DNA of 64,000 bases from the human T2T-CHM13v2.0 reference genome, Homo sapiens. The notes below the pieces were generated by a model. That model saw nothing but the letters and a program-made list of their open reading frames with translations. It made no database searches and had not been told where the DNA came from. A program made the position numbers and the translations under genes. The DNA lies in assembly GCF_009914755.1 (NCBI RefSeq), contig NC_060928.1; one strand, written 5' to 3'. Of the stretch, positions 1-10,600 are shown piece after piece (the stretch's first letter is position 1; each line of letters opens with the position of its first letter).

Positions 1-1326
1 GCAGGCTTGCCAGGAGATGTCCTGTATGGCCATAAATATTCTGCAATTATCACTGGTGGTCAGCTTAGGATGTGGCTATTTTCAGAACACAAGCATTACC
101 TTACAGGTGCCTTGTGAGTGCCTAGTTACACACTTCAAGATGGAGTCATTCTGGTCACGTTTTATTAAACCAGGGACCTGGTGAGCAGGGGTCCCACACC
201 TCTCCCTGCTCCCTCTGAACGCCCCCCACCACACACTTGCTGCAGGGGCCACCTCTCTCCTGGACTCCAGCCCCTGCTATCTGCCTCTGCACCGACAGGC
301 ACATGCCCACCCACCTGACTGGATAGCATGGACCTCCCCGCTGGGACACGCAGCCACTCCCTTGGAGTCTGCAGCCAGCTCTCTGGGCTCACCTCCTCCC
401 TTTGATCCCCCACAGGCCCTTCCAAAAACTCCCAGGTCCCCAGTGGCTTCCCTGACCAATGAGGGGAGGGGGCGCTTGTCTGGGGAGGGCTATCCGGTGC
501 TTTCTCACCAAGATGGCTCTGCCTGGCCTCTCCCGGCAGTGCAGAGCCTGGTGTCACTGGCAACTGGGCACACACCTGTCCCCGGATGTTTCAGGTCTCG
601 GTGTTCCCCATGGATATGTAGCGCTGTCCCCCTACGTAGTCTCACCCTGCACATTTTTCCTTCATTTTCGGCCCTTGGTCCAACCCTGATTTCTTTGGGG
701 CTCCCCATGTCCAGTGGTTGCGGGTGACATTCCTCTGGACTGTAACCCACACCAGGCAGCTTATCCCAGATGAGAGACAGGCAAGCTTTGGGCAGAGCCT
801 GGAGGGGATCTGCGGAACCGCCCATCGTCTGTGACAGACCAGGGGCTGGGGCTGGGGACCTGGGAGCCTCCGAACCTCTTGCGGGTCACGGAAGGAACTT
901 GAATGCGACCTGCCTGCACGGAGGGGTGGGGTGGGTCCAAAATCACCTCCCTGAGGACAGGAATCCTGGTCACGGTTCAGCGGCCCTGTGGGGTTGCTTG
1001 TATCAGGGGCTGGTGTCTGCCCTGTCATTCACGTAATCCCCTACGGTCTTCCCAGGGGGTGGGGTCAGGATCCCCCGGTAGACAGGCACGAGATGCAGAC
1101 AGCTGTGCTGTGAGTGTCTGAACACACAAGCGGACAACCGCCCAGCCATCCTGAAATGCAGAGCTCAGACCACACCTGCAGCTGCTGGCCCAGGGAACCA
1201 AGCCCAGCCTCGGCACCCAGCCGAGAAGCCAGCTGCATGGCAGACTTGCAGGGAGGCGACTGCTCTCCCTCGACAACCAGGAGGCTAAACAGCAGCTCTA
1301 ACAGTCGGCCCTTCATGGCCAGGGCT

Positions 1327-1502
1327 TGTGTGTGATGTGTATGGTGTGTGTGATGTGTATGGTGTGTGTGTTGTGTAGTGTGCTGTGTAGTGTGTGTGTG
1401 CTGTATAGTGTGTGTTGTGTGTGCTGTGTGTGTGTGTGTGTGATGTGTGGTGTGTATGTGTGTGTGGTGTGCGTGTGTGTGTGTTGTGTGTGTTTGTGTG
1501 TG
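1327..1502. repeat. Imperfect (TG)n microsatellite
   Basis: Interrupted TG runs (tgtgtgtgatgtgtatggtgtgtgtg...). Confidence 0.95.
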
Positions 1503-3597
1503 GTGACCCTGACCCTGACCCTAACCTTGTCACTGTGGCAGGAGGTGAGAGGGCCCTGAGGCAGCTGGGGGCCCTGGGGTGAAAGGAAGGGGTGGTAGAG
1601 TGAGGGAGTGCTCAGGGCTCCCCAGGGAAACGCTGTCTCAGGGAGGCAGAGGTGGAAGAAAACACCCTTGCGTGTGTCAGAAGCAGCCACACAGTTAGAA
1701 CTCTGACGGGGACACCTGGGTTGTGGCCCTTCTCCTGCCCAGCCTTCCACAGTGGGTGGCAGGGGGGTCTGCAGGCTGGAGGCAGGTTGGGGGTGCCCTC
1801 CCTGCCAGCCAAGCCAAAGTGACAAGAATTCAGAGGAGCTGGGGAGCGGAGGGTGGGCTGTGGACGGGGCCGAAGACCAGAGCTGAGCTGGCCTCAGAAG
1901 GCCCCAGAGCCCGTCTGGTTGTCCCCTTGGACAGATGGGGCATGCGACGCCCACAGTGAGGAGGGCCTGCCCCAGGATCTCACGGGGTGAGGGAACAGCA
2001 AAGGGAGGCTATACAGCTGGGATCCGATACCCAGTCTAGGGTTCCTAATAGCTTCCCACGACCTGTGCCGGGCAGGGGCAGGTGCCCAGGGCACCCCTGC
2101 ATGTGTGCAGCATTCTCAGAGCTAGTGCCTTCCAAAATGAAAATATTCACCAGGGCCTGGCCACTTATCTAACATACCCTGCCCACCACCAGCCTTGTCC
2201 TCAGGCACAAAACCCAGACCTTCCGGAAGATTCTATATGCATCAAAATACTCCAAAAGGATTTTGCAAACCTTGCAACAACAAATAAAAAGGTCTGAATT
2301 CTTGAAGCTCACAGGAGTGATCTGGAGCTGTCGGGAGTCTCACACAGTGTCTGATGGAGAGGGGCTGTGGGGGAAACGCGCCTGTCAGTGCTGCTGCAGA
2401 CCAGCTGCAGGCGTCCACCCTGGCCTGAGGAGGGGAGCGCGTGTTCCTCTCGGGCTTGAGGGTCGGCTGAGGTCTGCTCACGGCAAGGACTGACTGGTCC
2501 TGCTTCACGCTGTGCTCTTGATGGATGTGGCTCCCACGCAGGTCCCCCTCCTCCGGTGGTTGTCCTGGGGCCCAGGCTGCAGAGGCTGCCCTCCTAGGGT
2601 GTATTCCCCTCCTGGTTACCCCTCAGGCACACACCAAGGCCCTGCTTCATCACCTCTGCCATCAAACAACTCACAAGTGAACCAGAGTCAAGGCTGGTGG
2701 GAGCAAAGGCAAAGTCACATGGCACAGACAGTAGACACCGGGAGGGGAGAGTGCGGCCAGGACCCCTGCCGGCCACGTGGCTTGGCTCACCGCTGGAGAA
2801 GAGGTCGCGGGCAGGAGGGATGGCGCGTGGAGAGAGGATGAGGGCGCGTGGAGGGCGGATGAGGGAAGGCCCTTGAGCCTCCGGCAGAGCCCTTCCTGCA
2901 CTCACAGCTACAACTGCACAGTTGTGCCTGGAAAGTCCTATCTGGGAACAGCAGAGGAGTCTTGCGACTTTGCTGTCCTACAATTTACTCTGAGAGATCG
3001 CTCTCCCAAGTCAGCGCTTGCTACCTGTTTGTCCATTTGAAGAAGTCGCGCTTCATTGCATCCCAAAGTTGAATTTGTTCAGTGGAAAAGAAAGTAAGCT
3101 TGCTTCTGTTTCCGCAGCTGCCGTTTGACTCTGGGGATACAGTCCCGCCCAAATGCAGGTCTTGCAACCTGCTCGGGAGGTGGGGTCCTTGGCCTCTAGG
3201 GGACTCTCCTGAAATGGCAACAGCCCCTGCACTGCGTCCCGGGTGAGGAGGCCCCTTTCACAGCAGAAGAGGTGGGTGGGGTCGCCCAGCTTTGGAAGCT
3301 GCGTGACTTAGTGGGAGAACCCCGGCCTTCTTCCAGGCTGCAGGGGCAGAGCCGGTCCCACCTGCTCCGGCGCCCCGTGGCTGCTGTCTTCTTCCTTTCG
3401 AAACACCCTGGAGGTCATCCTGGGAGACATGAGGCACCGAAGTCAGTGATCCTAACATCGGAGTTGTGTGGAGATGGGACCACCCTGGAAAATCCTTTAC
3501 GACGCTGTTGTGATGCCACCACTTGGGCCCGAGAACCAATGTCTCCTTTTCATTCACCTTTGGCCTGGGGCTGCCCCTCTCGTCACATAGGAGACAG

Positions 3598-4178
3598 TGG
3601 TGTGTCCTACAGTGGTGTGTGTACAGTGTGTGTGTGAGAGTGCAGTGTGTGTGTGAGTGCAGTGTGTGTGAGTGCAGTGTGTGTGAGCGTGTAGTGTGTG
3701 ACTGCAGTGTGTGAGAGTGTAGTGTGTGTGAGAATGTAGTGTGTGTGAGAGTGCAGTGCGTGTGAGTGCAGTGTGTGTGAGCGTGTAGTGTGTGAGTGTA
3801 GTGTGTGTGAGAATGTAGTGTGTGTGAGTGTAGTGTGTGTGTGAGTGTAGTGTGTGTGAATGCAGTGTGTGTGTGTAGTGTGTGAGAGAATGTAGTGTGT
3901 GTGAGTGCAGTGTGTGTGAGCGTGTAGTGTGTGAGTGTAGTGTGTGTGAGAATGTAGTGTGTGTGAGTGTAGTGTGTGTGTGAGTGTAGTGTGTGTATGT
4001 GTAGTGTGTGAGAGAATGTAGTGTGTGTGAGTGTAGTGTGTGAAAGTGTAGAGTGTGTGAGAATGTAGTGTGTGTGAGAGTGTAGTGTGTGAGAGTGCAG
4101 TGTGTGTGAGTGCAGTGTGTGTGAGAGTGCAGTGTGTGTGAGTGTAGTGTGTGTGAGAGTGCACCCATGTGTGTGAGT
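3598..4178. repeat. TG-rich compound tandem repeat, ~13-17-bp units (GTGTGAGTGYAGTGT-like)
   Basis: Recurring gagtgcagtgtgtgt, gagtgtagtgtgtgt and gagaatgtagtgtgt units over ~580 bp; source of the His/Thr-rich ORFs. Confidence 0.95.
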
Positions 4179-4682
4179 GCCTTTGTTTCACCTCATATTC
4201 TTCCTTGCCATCCTCTGGAGAGGCGGCAGAGGGTGCATGGCCAACAGTGTGTGCCAACCCATGGGCGACCTCGGAAAAGGTGAGGTTGCAATGGAGACTG
4301 TAGAACAGCAACTCAAACAGGAGGGGAGAGGACAGGCCGGGGGGAAGCCAGGGACAGCCCTTCCAGGCAGAGCCTGCGTCCCTGGTGACAAGGGGAGCTT
4401 TTCAAACAGAACCACAGCAGCAACAACAGACAGCCCGGGGCCCATCCACCAAGGTCCAGAGCACGCTCAGGACGGCCACTGGGGAGAAGATGGGCAACGG
4501 TGATGAGGTGGAGTGAGGAGGAAGTGCCTGCCACCTGAATAATGGCCACCTGCAAGCCTGTCCTTAGTGGCACCTACTTGCATGGCCCCAGCTGATAACC
4601 TGCAGCTGGGCTGTGAGTGAAATTGCTCAACCCAGGCATGCAGAGAGCAGAGCCTCAGGGAGCTCAGAGCCAAAGCTGTGTC

Positions 4683-5206
4683 CCTGGCCAGCTTCACAGG
4701 CTGTGCCCCCAGCAGACACACAGAACCCCTCTCAGGAGGGCCCCGGGCTCAGGAGGACTCACTGATCAGGAGGACCCTGGGCTCGGGAGGACCCTGTGCT
4801 CAGGAGGACTCAGTGCTCAGGAGGACCCCGTGCTCAGGAGGACCTCATGCTCAGGAGGACCCAGTGCTCAGAAGGACCTGGTGCTCAGGGAGACTCAGTG
4901 CCCAGGAGGACCCCGTGCTCAGGAGGACTTGGTGCCCAGGAGACCTTGGTGCTCAGGAGGACTCCATGCTTAGGAGGACCCGTGCTTAGGGAGACTGTGC
5001 TCAGGAGGACTCGTTGCTCAGAAGGACTCAGCGCTCAGGAGGACTTGGTGCTCAGGAGGACCCTGTGCTCAGGTCTCAGTGCTCAAGGGGACTCGGTGCT
5101 TGGTTTAATTCTCTCTTGTTGCCATCCTGAAATTGTTAATAATTTTCGGTGAGGACCATGCATTTGCATTTTTTTTCTGGGTCCTACAGTGGTGTGGTCT
5201 GATTTG
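4683..5206. mobile_element. MER91A-like hAT DNA transposon relic interrupted by a VNTR
   Basis: The 5' part cctggccagcttcacagg...cacacag and the 3' part gcttggtttaattctct...ctgaaattgttaataatttt...catttgcatttt...ctgggtcctaca match the two halves of the MER91A consensus as I recall it. Confidence 0.7.
4731..5100. repeat. 17-bp minisatellite (CTCAGGAGGACCCCGTG-like), ~22 copies
   Basis: ctcagg at 4731, 4748 and onward with ~17-bp period and variant units. Confidence 0.95.
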
Positions 5207-5949
5207 TGTCTTCTGCATTCACAGCTGAATATAGGCCCAGGGGCTTTCTGAACTGGACTCAGTGACAAGGGCCTGACTCCCGGGCACGTGGTACTATTCT
5301 TACCACAGATGTCCGTGCTCAGAGCTGGGACATGGTCACTCCTGGGTAAGACACATTAGGTCCTTAACTAGGAGACACTCACTGGGGATTTTCTCGTGGT
5401 TCTGCTGTGCAAGTTGGAGGCAGTTGGGAGGTTGCCGAGGTGCAGCCCAGGCCCTGGCTCAGGGAGATGCTGTACAAGAGCAGCCCCTCTCCAGACAGAC
5501 AGCCCTGGGCACTGCCAGGCCAGGCCCGCCTCATTGACATGCTAGGGCCTCACTGGCTTGCTGCATGCCCTGTGCCCAGGGATCCAATTTCAATATCATT
5601 ACTGAGAAGTCCAACCTTCCTGTGAGCATGAGTTATTACTCAGGAATAACAGCCCAAGTGAAGAAAAATGACAAAATCTGCTGTCTGCCAAATGCGTCTG
5701 CTCGAAAGATAGAGGAGGAAAAACAGCTACCAAGGCTGGGCTTCATGTGGACTGGCTTTGAGAGCAGATGAAACCCGCTCTGCAAACCACCAGCGGGCTC
5801 AGCTACCCAGTACATTTAGAACAAGAAAGAAAAAAAATCCATGGTTAATTTTAACAGCATTGCTGTTAGGGGCAGGGCTGAGTCTGTGGAGGAACTTATA
5901 GGTCCAGACAATCTTAGGTCTCCAGACTCCCAGGCAGACAGTTTGTGTG

Positions 5950-6350
5950 CTCATCCATCTGTTCCCCACATATACATCTATCCGTCCATCCATTCATGAC
6001 TATCTATTCACCATGTACCTATGCATTAATCCATCCATCCCATTCATCCATCCACCCAACCACCCATCCATACACCCACCCATCCACCCCTCTATCCATT
6101 CATCCATTCATCCACCCACCCACCTATCCATTCACCCACCCATCCAGTCATCCACCCATCCATCCACCCCTCCAGTCATCCATCCATCCATCCACCCATC
6201 CATTCACCCACCCATCCACCCCTCTATCCATTCATCCATCCATCCATCCATCCACCCACCCATCCATTCACCCACCCATCCACTCATCCATCCATTCATC
6301 CATGCATCCATCCACTCCTTGATCCACCCATCCATCCATCCATGCATCCT
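5950..6350. repeat. (CCAT/CCAC)n simple repeat
   Basis: catccatccacccacc... tract; source of the His/Pro/Ser-rich ORFs. Confidence 0.95.
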
Positions 6351-6399
6351 TTTACCCACTCAATCCCTTCCTTCCTTCTTTCCTTCCCTCACCACCCAT

Positions 6400-6915
6400 C
6401 TATCCATGGGCCATTTCCTATGTGCACATTTCCAAATGCACAGCCTGCAGCCTGTGCTGGGCATTTGGCACACAGAGATGGGACAGATCCCATGCTGGCT
6501 CCCAGGAGCTTGCCGCATCGTGAGAGGGACTGAGAGTGATTTCCGATAGGGCAGGGCAGCCCTGGAGCTGCAGGAGCACAGAGGAGGTACCCATCTAGCG
6601 GTGAAGTCTTCTTGGGAGGGCGGGGCCTAAGCTGAGTCCTGCTGGAATTGCTGGTGAGTCTCAGAAATGGAGGAAGTGGAGGTCCAGGGCAGTGTGGTCT
6701 TGTCAACAGAGAAAACTGGAAAATCCCAGGAGCAGAGGTGCAGAGGCCTGCCCCGGGTAGATGAGTGCAGGGAGCCCTGAGCAGCCTCTGTTTCTCGAGC
6801 AGACAACAACTTGGCCACTAGGAAGGGGCATGGGGACTTCCTCCCATCAGGGTTTAAACCTCTGAAGGGTTTAAACACAGAGTAGCCAGAGAGCGGTTTT
6901 AGAAGATCACACCAG
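6400..6915 (-). mobile_element. L2 fragment
   Basis: tgtgctgggcatttggcacacagagatg...caggagctt... and ...gaagggtttaaac...ttttagaagatcac resemble the antisense L2 3' region. Confidence 0.5.
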
Positions 6916-6933
6916 GGATCTGTTAATACAGGA

Positions 6934-7165
6934 CAAGTGTTGGCAGATCTTTTCTATAAAGAACCAGAAAATCAATATTTTTGGTTTTGTGACCCATCTT
7001 ATGTGTTTTGTGAGTCTATTGAAACTACTCACTTCTGCTTTTGTAGTAAAAGCAGCCATGGAGGATTCATGAATGACTGGGTGTGGCTGTGTCCCAATAA
7101 AACTTTATTTAGAAAAACAGGCCATGGGCTGGATTTGGCCAATGACCATTGTTTGCCTGGCCCTG
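6934..7165. mobile_element. MER58A (hAT-Charlie) DNA transposon
   Basis: Colinear with MER58A: ttggcagatctttttctataaagaaccag..., aaagcagccat, gtggctgtgtcccaataaaactttattt, ggatttggcc...gtttgcc..ccctg; ~230 bp. Confidence 0.9.
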
Positions 7166-7699
7166 TGACAAAATAAAGCAAAATGCATTTGACTGGGCAG
7201 CCATCAGGGAGCCCATCCTGCAGGGAAAACGCAGCAGAGCCCGCAGCTCCAGCATGTACGGGACTCGTGTGCGAGGCTGTTTACAGAAACATTTGTGGTG
7301 TCCCCAGGGGAGACTGCTGAGAGCTCCTCGAGTGGGAGAACACAGCAGGTGTTCTGGGGGCCGGTGGGAGGCTTCCTGGAGATGAACCCACACCCATCCT
7401 GGGTTGGCACTCAGGGTCCTGCCTGGCCCCGGCAAGCCTCCTCCCCAAAGTCTTTCTGGCCCACAGGGAAAGGAGGTCATGGCCAGAGGGAATTCCATTG
7501 CCCAGGTTGGGCCGGTGGGGGCTCAGGCCCTGCAGAGTTGCTGCTGGGCCCAAGGGTCCAGGGAGGAGGGGACTTGAGGGGGCCCTCAACCCGGGATGCC
7601 AACATCTGGTAATGCACAGGACAGGAAGTCACACTGGGAGATGGGCAGGCCTGAGCACAGGGCCAGGGGTCCATGGCAGCAGGGTCCCCAGGGCTGCAC

Positions 7700-8180
7700 T
7701 CCTGCTCATATCACACCATTCACCATGTGACTTTGCAGCTCCTCTGATCAAGGGCTGGGGCCTAATCCCATACCCCTGGACCCTGGCTGACCTCATGTCT
7801 TGCCTTGGCTGGTGGAATGGGCTGGAAGTGACAATGACATAGCAGCTCCAAACCTCAGCCTCAAGAAGCCCTGTGTGCTGTTCGTCCTTGTCGGGACCCC
7901 TGCTGCCACCATCTGAGCCAGGCTGGCCAGCCTGCTAGGGACAGGGCAGCATAAGCAGAGTTGAGCCACCCGTCTTTCTTGCAGAAGTCCCTGAGATGTG
8001 AGGAAGCTCAAGTGGAACCAGCAAAACCACGCTCTCAACCTGCCTCTGCTGGCCAACGCATGAGAGGCCTAGTGAAGAACCTCCCAGCTGAGCCCAGCCT
8101 GAACTGCTGAACCTCAGAATCTTGAGCCAAATGAATGGTCTATGTTTTAAGCCTTTGTTACACAGCGATAGCTGACTGAG
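7700..8180 (+). mobile_element. MLT1G/H-like MaLR LTR
   Basis: ccatgtgactttgcagctcctc, cagcctcaagaagcc, cccagctgagcccagcctgaactgctgaacctcagaatcttgagc and a 3' end tgttacacagcgatagctgactgaga. Confidence 0.75.
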
Positions 8181-8234
8181 AGAGAACAGGAATTTTAAAG
8201 GCACTGCCTGAATTCTCAGGACACCAATAATAAC

Positions 8235-8390
8235 AGGAAGGAAGGAAGGCAGGGAAGGAAGGAGGGAATGAGAAAGGGAGGGAGAGGATGGAACTGGGAG
8301 GAGCTGAAGGTGACAGGAGGAGGATCCCTAGTGAGAGAGAAAGGAGAAGAGAGGGGAATGGAGAAGTCGGGGAGGAGAGGAGGAGAAAAC
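8235..8390. repeat. GA-rich low-complexity tract
   Basis: ggaaggaaggaaggcagggaagg... purine tract. Confidence 0.8.
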
Positions 8391-8469
8391 CCTTTCTATG
8401 AATGATGGTTTTTCTTGACCTTAATTTCCTGAAGTCTAATGATTTCTGTTGATCTCATGTGCTCAGTTT

Positions 8470-8650
8470 AAACACACACACACACACAAACACACATACC
8501 GCACACAAACACACCACACACACACATACAAACACACACACCACACACACACACACCACATACACAAACACACACCACACACAAACACACACCACACACA
8601 CAAACACACACACCACAGACACAAACACACACACATATGACACACACATA
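8470..8650. repeat. Imperfect (CA)n microsatellite
   Basis: acacacacacacacacaaacacacatacc... Confidence 0.95.
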
Positions 8651-8909
8651 CTCTAAATTTGCACTTTTTTGGGTCTGCAGCTAGACCGCAATGAGGATCT
8701 GAGGGCAACGTAAGTCTCTAGCCCGCACTCTGACACTTGGACCTAAAACCTTCTAAAATAAATGCTGCTAAGATTCAATTCCTCGGATGGGTAGTTAAAG
8801 AGTCTGTGGTCCCTGAGTCCCAGGACAAGGAACTGGGAGTCTGCATATCCATCCTAATGCAATCCACACAGGTATCTGGCTTCAAGTAAGAGGCTAAGTC
8901 GTGCACGTG

Positions 8910-9030
8910 TGGAAAACAGGAATGACACTAATGAGACGCACCCTGACCTCACTGACTCTTGGAAGAATCAAATGAGCCAAAATATGTGTAAATAATTTGA
9001 AAAGCATGAAGTTCTAATATCCCTGTAAGG
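8910..9030 (+). mobile_element. MIR/MIR3 fragment
   Basis: cctcactgactcttggaagaatcaaatgagccaaaatatgtgtaaa resembles the MIR 3' half. Confidence 0.5.
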
Positions 9031-9949
9031 TGGGGGCTATTTAATAATGATAACAATAATGACTCCAATAACCTAAAAATAATGTCACCTGCCCACTAAG
9101 AAGCCTTGTTGTTTTGAATCAGGCTTGGCTTTCATCTGTGCCCCCTTTGTCTGCTCTGGGTGGCATGGTCCAGGCTGCCCTGCCCCTGCATCTGAAGATA
9201 CACCTGAGACAGCCTCCCTAAGCACTCTTCTGGCTTAACTCCCGTGCCCAAACCTCTTCCATGGCTCCCCATTGCCCTTGGGCTGCAGGCCAAAGCCGGT
9301 GCCTGACATGCAAGGTCTGGCACGTTCTGTCCCTTGCCCCCCCACCCCCGCCATTTGTTCCCCGCTAGTCTTGCTTGCACACAGTCTACTGCAGCCCCCA
9401 AATGGGGCTCGGGGGATTTCAAGCCTTCAGGCCCTTGCTTAGATTGAGCTTTTAGCCTGGAATGCCCATATCCCCAAAGCCCACCACACAAAAACCGACT
9501 TCTCCAGACCTCGGCCCTGGGGCACCTTCTCCTTGGGGGCTGTCCGTTCACCTGGTGCCCAGATGGAGGCGACCTCAACCTCTCTCTGTGTCTCACTTTG
9601 CCTTGCAGGAAGTCCACCGGAGCCCTCACTCTGGGCCCTCATCCTTTCCTGCCTGACCCCTGGCGGGACTGTGAGGCCCTAGTGGCTGGCCTGTGTGCAC
9701 ATGGTGGCTTCCGATGGCAGAGCCCGTCTGTGCACTGGCCCTGCGGAGAGCCTTCTGTGGGTCACCAGCTCCGTCCCCACAGCAGCCCCACACAGCAGGC
9801 ATCGCTGCTGGCTCAGGTCCACAGGGACCAAGGCTGGGGAGGCCCAGCGGCACAAGGGGGCCTGGGGTGGAGCACCTCCTGGCCAAGTGGGAGCCCTCGA
9901 CACGCCCCCTCTGGGAGGTACTTGGGGGTCTTTGAATGGTGCCTGCCGA

Positions 9950-10600
9950 ACGAGCGAAGGGCAGCCAGGGAGAGGGCGCTGCTCCAGGGCTTGGAAGACC
10001 CCAGATGCCCTGAGTCAAGAACTCGAATCCTTAAACTTCATCGTTGCTCCGGGAGGCTCACGGTTCATTCTGCAGCAGTCTGCGCGGCCGCCCCCCAACT
10101 GCAGCTCCATCGGTTTAAAATGGGGGCCACTTTATCGCCCAGCTTCCTGGCAGCTGCTGCAGCGGCGGGGACCGAAATTGGCTATTTGTGCTGCTGGCCC
10201 AAACACTGGCTGGGCCACGCCACCAGCAGTCGGGGCACCTTCCACGACACAGCGTCATCGAGACGTGGTTTCATCTTAGCGAACGCTGTCTGTCCCCGTG
10301 GACTGAATTCAGAAGCCAAACTGCAGAGCCCCGGCCCATGGCAAAACTTTCCATCTTCAAAGCCGAGTTGCTGGCAACCAAGGAGGCGGCCCACGCCGGC
10401 GGGGGTGCTGGCTCCGGAAGATCCTCTCTGGTTGGGTGCTGAGCCGGTGTGAGTGTGTGGCTGGCGTCCGGCCCTGTGGTGTGTCCATCCCTGCCACAGC
10501 TGGCCTGCCTGCTGGAGATGGTGACACCTTGAATGTGACAGTAGGTGAGGGTATTGACATGCGGGCGGGGCCGCGTGTGCCGTGATTAATATTGTCCTTG
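9950..10600. promoter_or_regulatory. CpG-enriched non-repeat segment (weak CpG island or enhancer candidate)
   Basis: Frequent CpGs (gcgcggccgc, gcagcggcgggg, cacgccggcggggg, gcgggcggggccgcg) and a GC-box at 10563-10571; observed/expected CpG not computed. Confidence 0.45.

Noticed and set aside
4731-5100. CRISPR-like appearance of the repeat arrays (also 54833-55645)
   Set aside because: No unique spacers, no cas genes, and a primate context.
6849-6876. Paired GTTTAAAC palindromes
   Set aside because: Probably a small local duplication inside an L2 fragment.
9598-10452. 284-aa ORF and the other 150-315-aa ORFs in the track
   Set aside because: Pro/Gly/Ala/Arg-rich GC artefacts, many with non-ATG starts, overlapping on both strands, with no recognisable domain.
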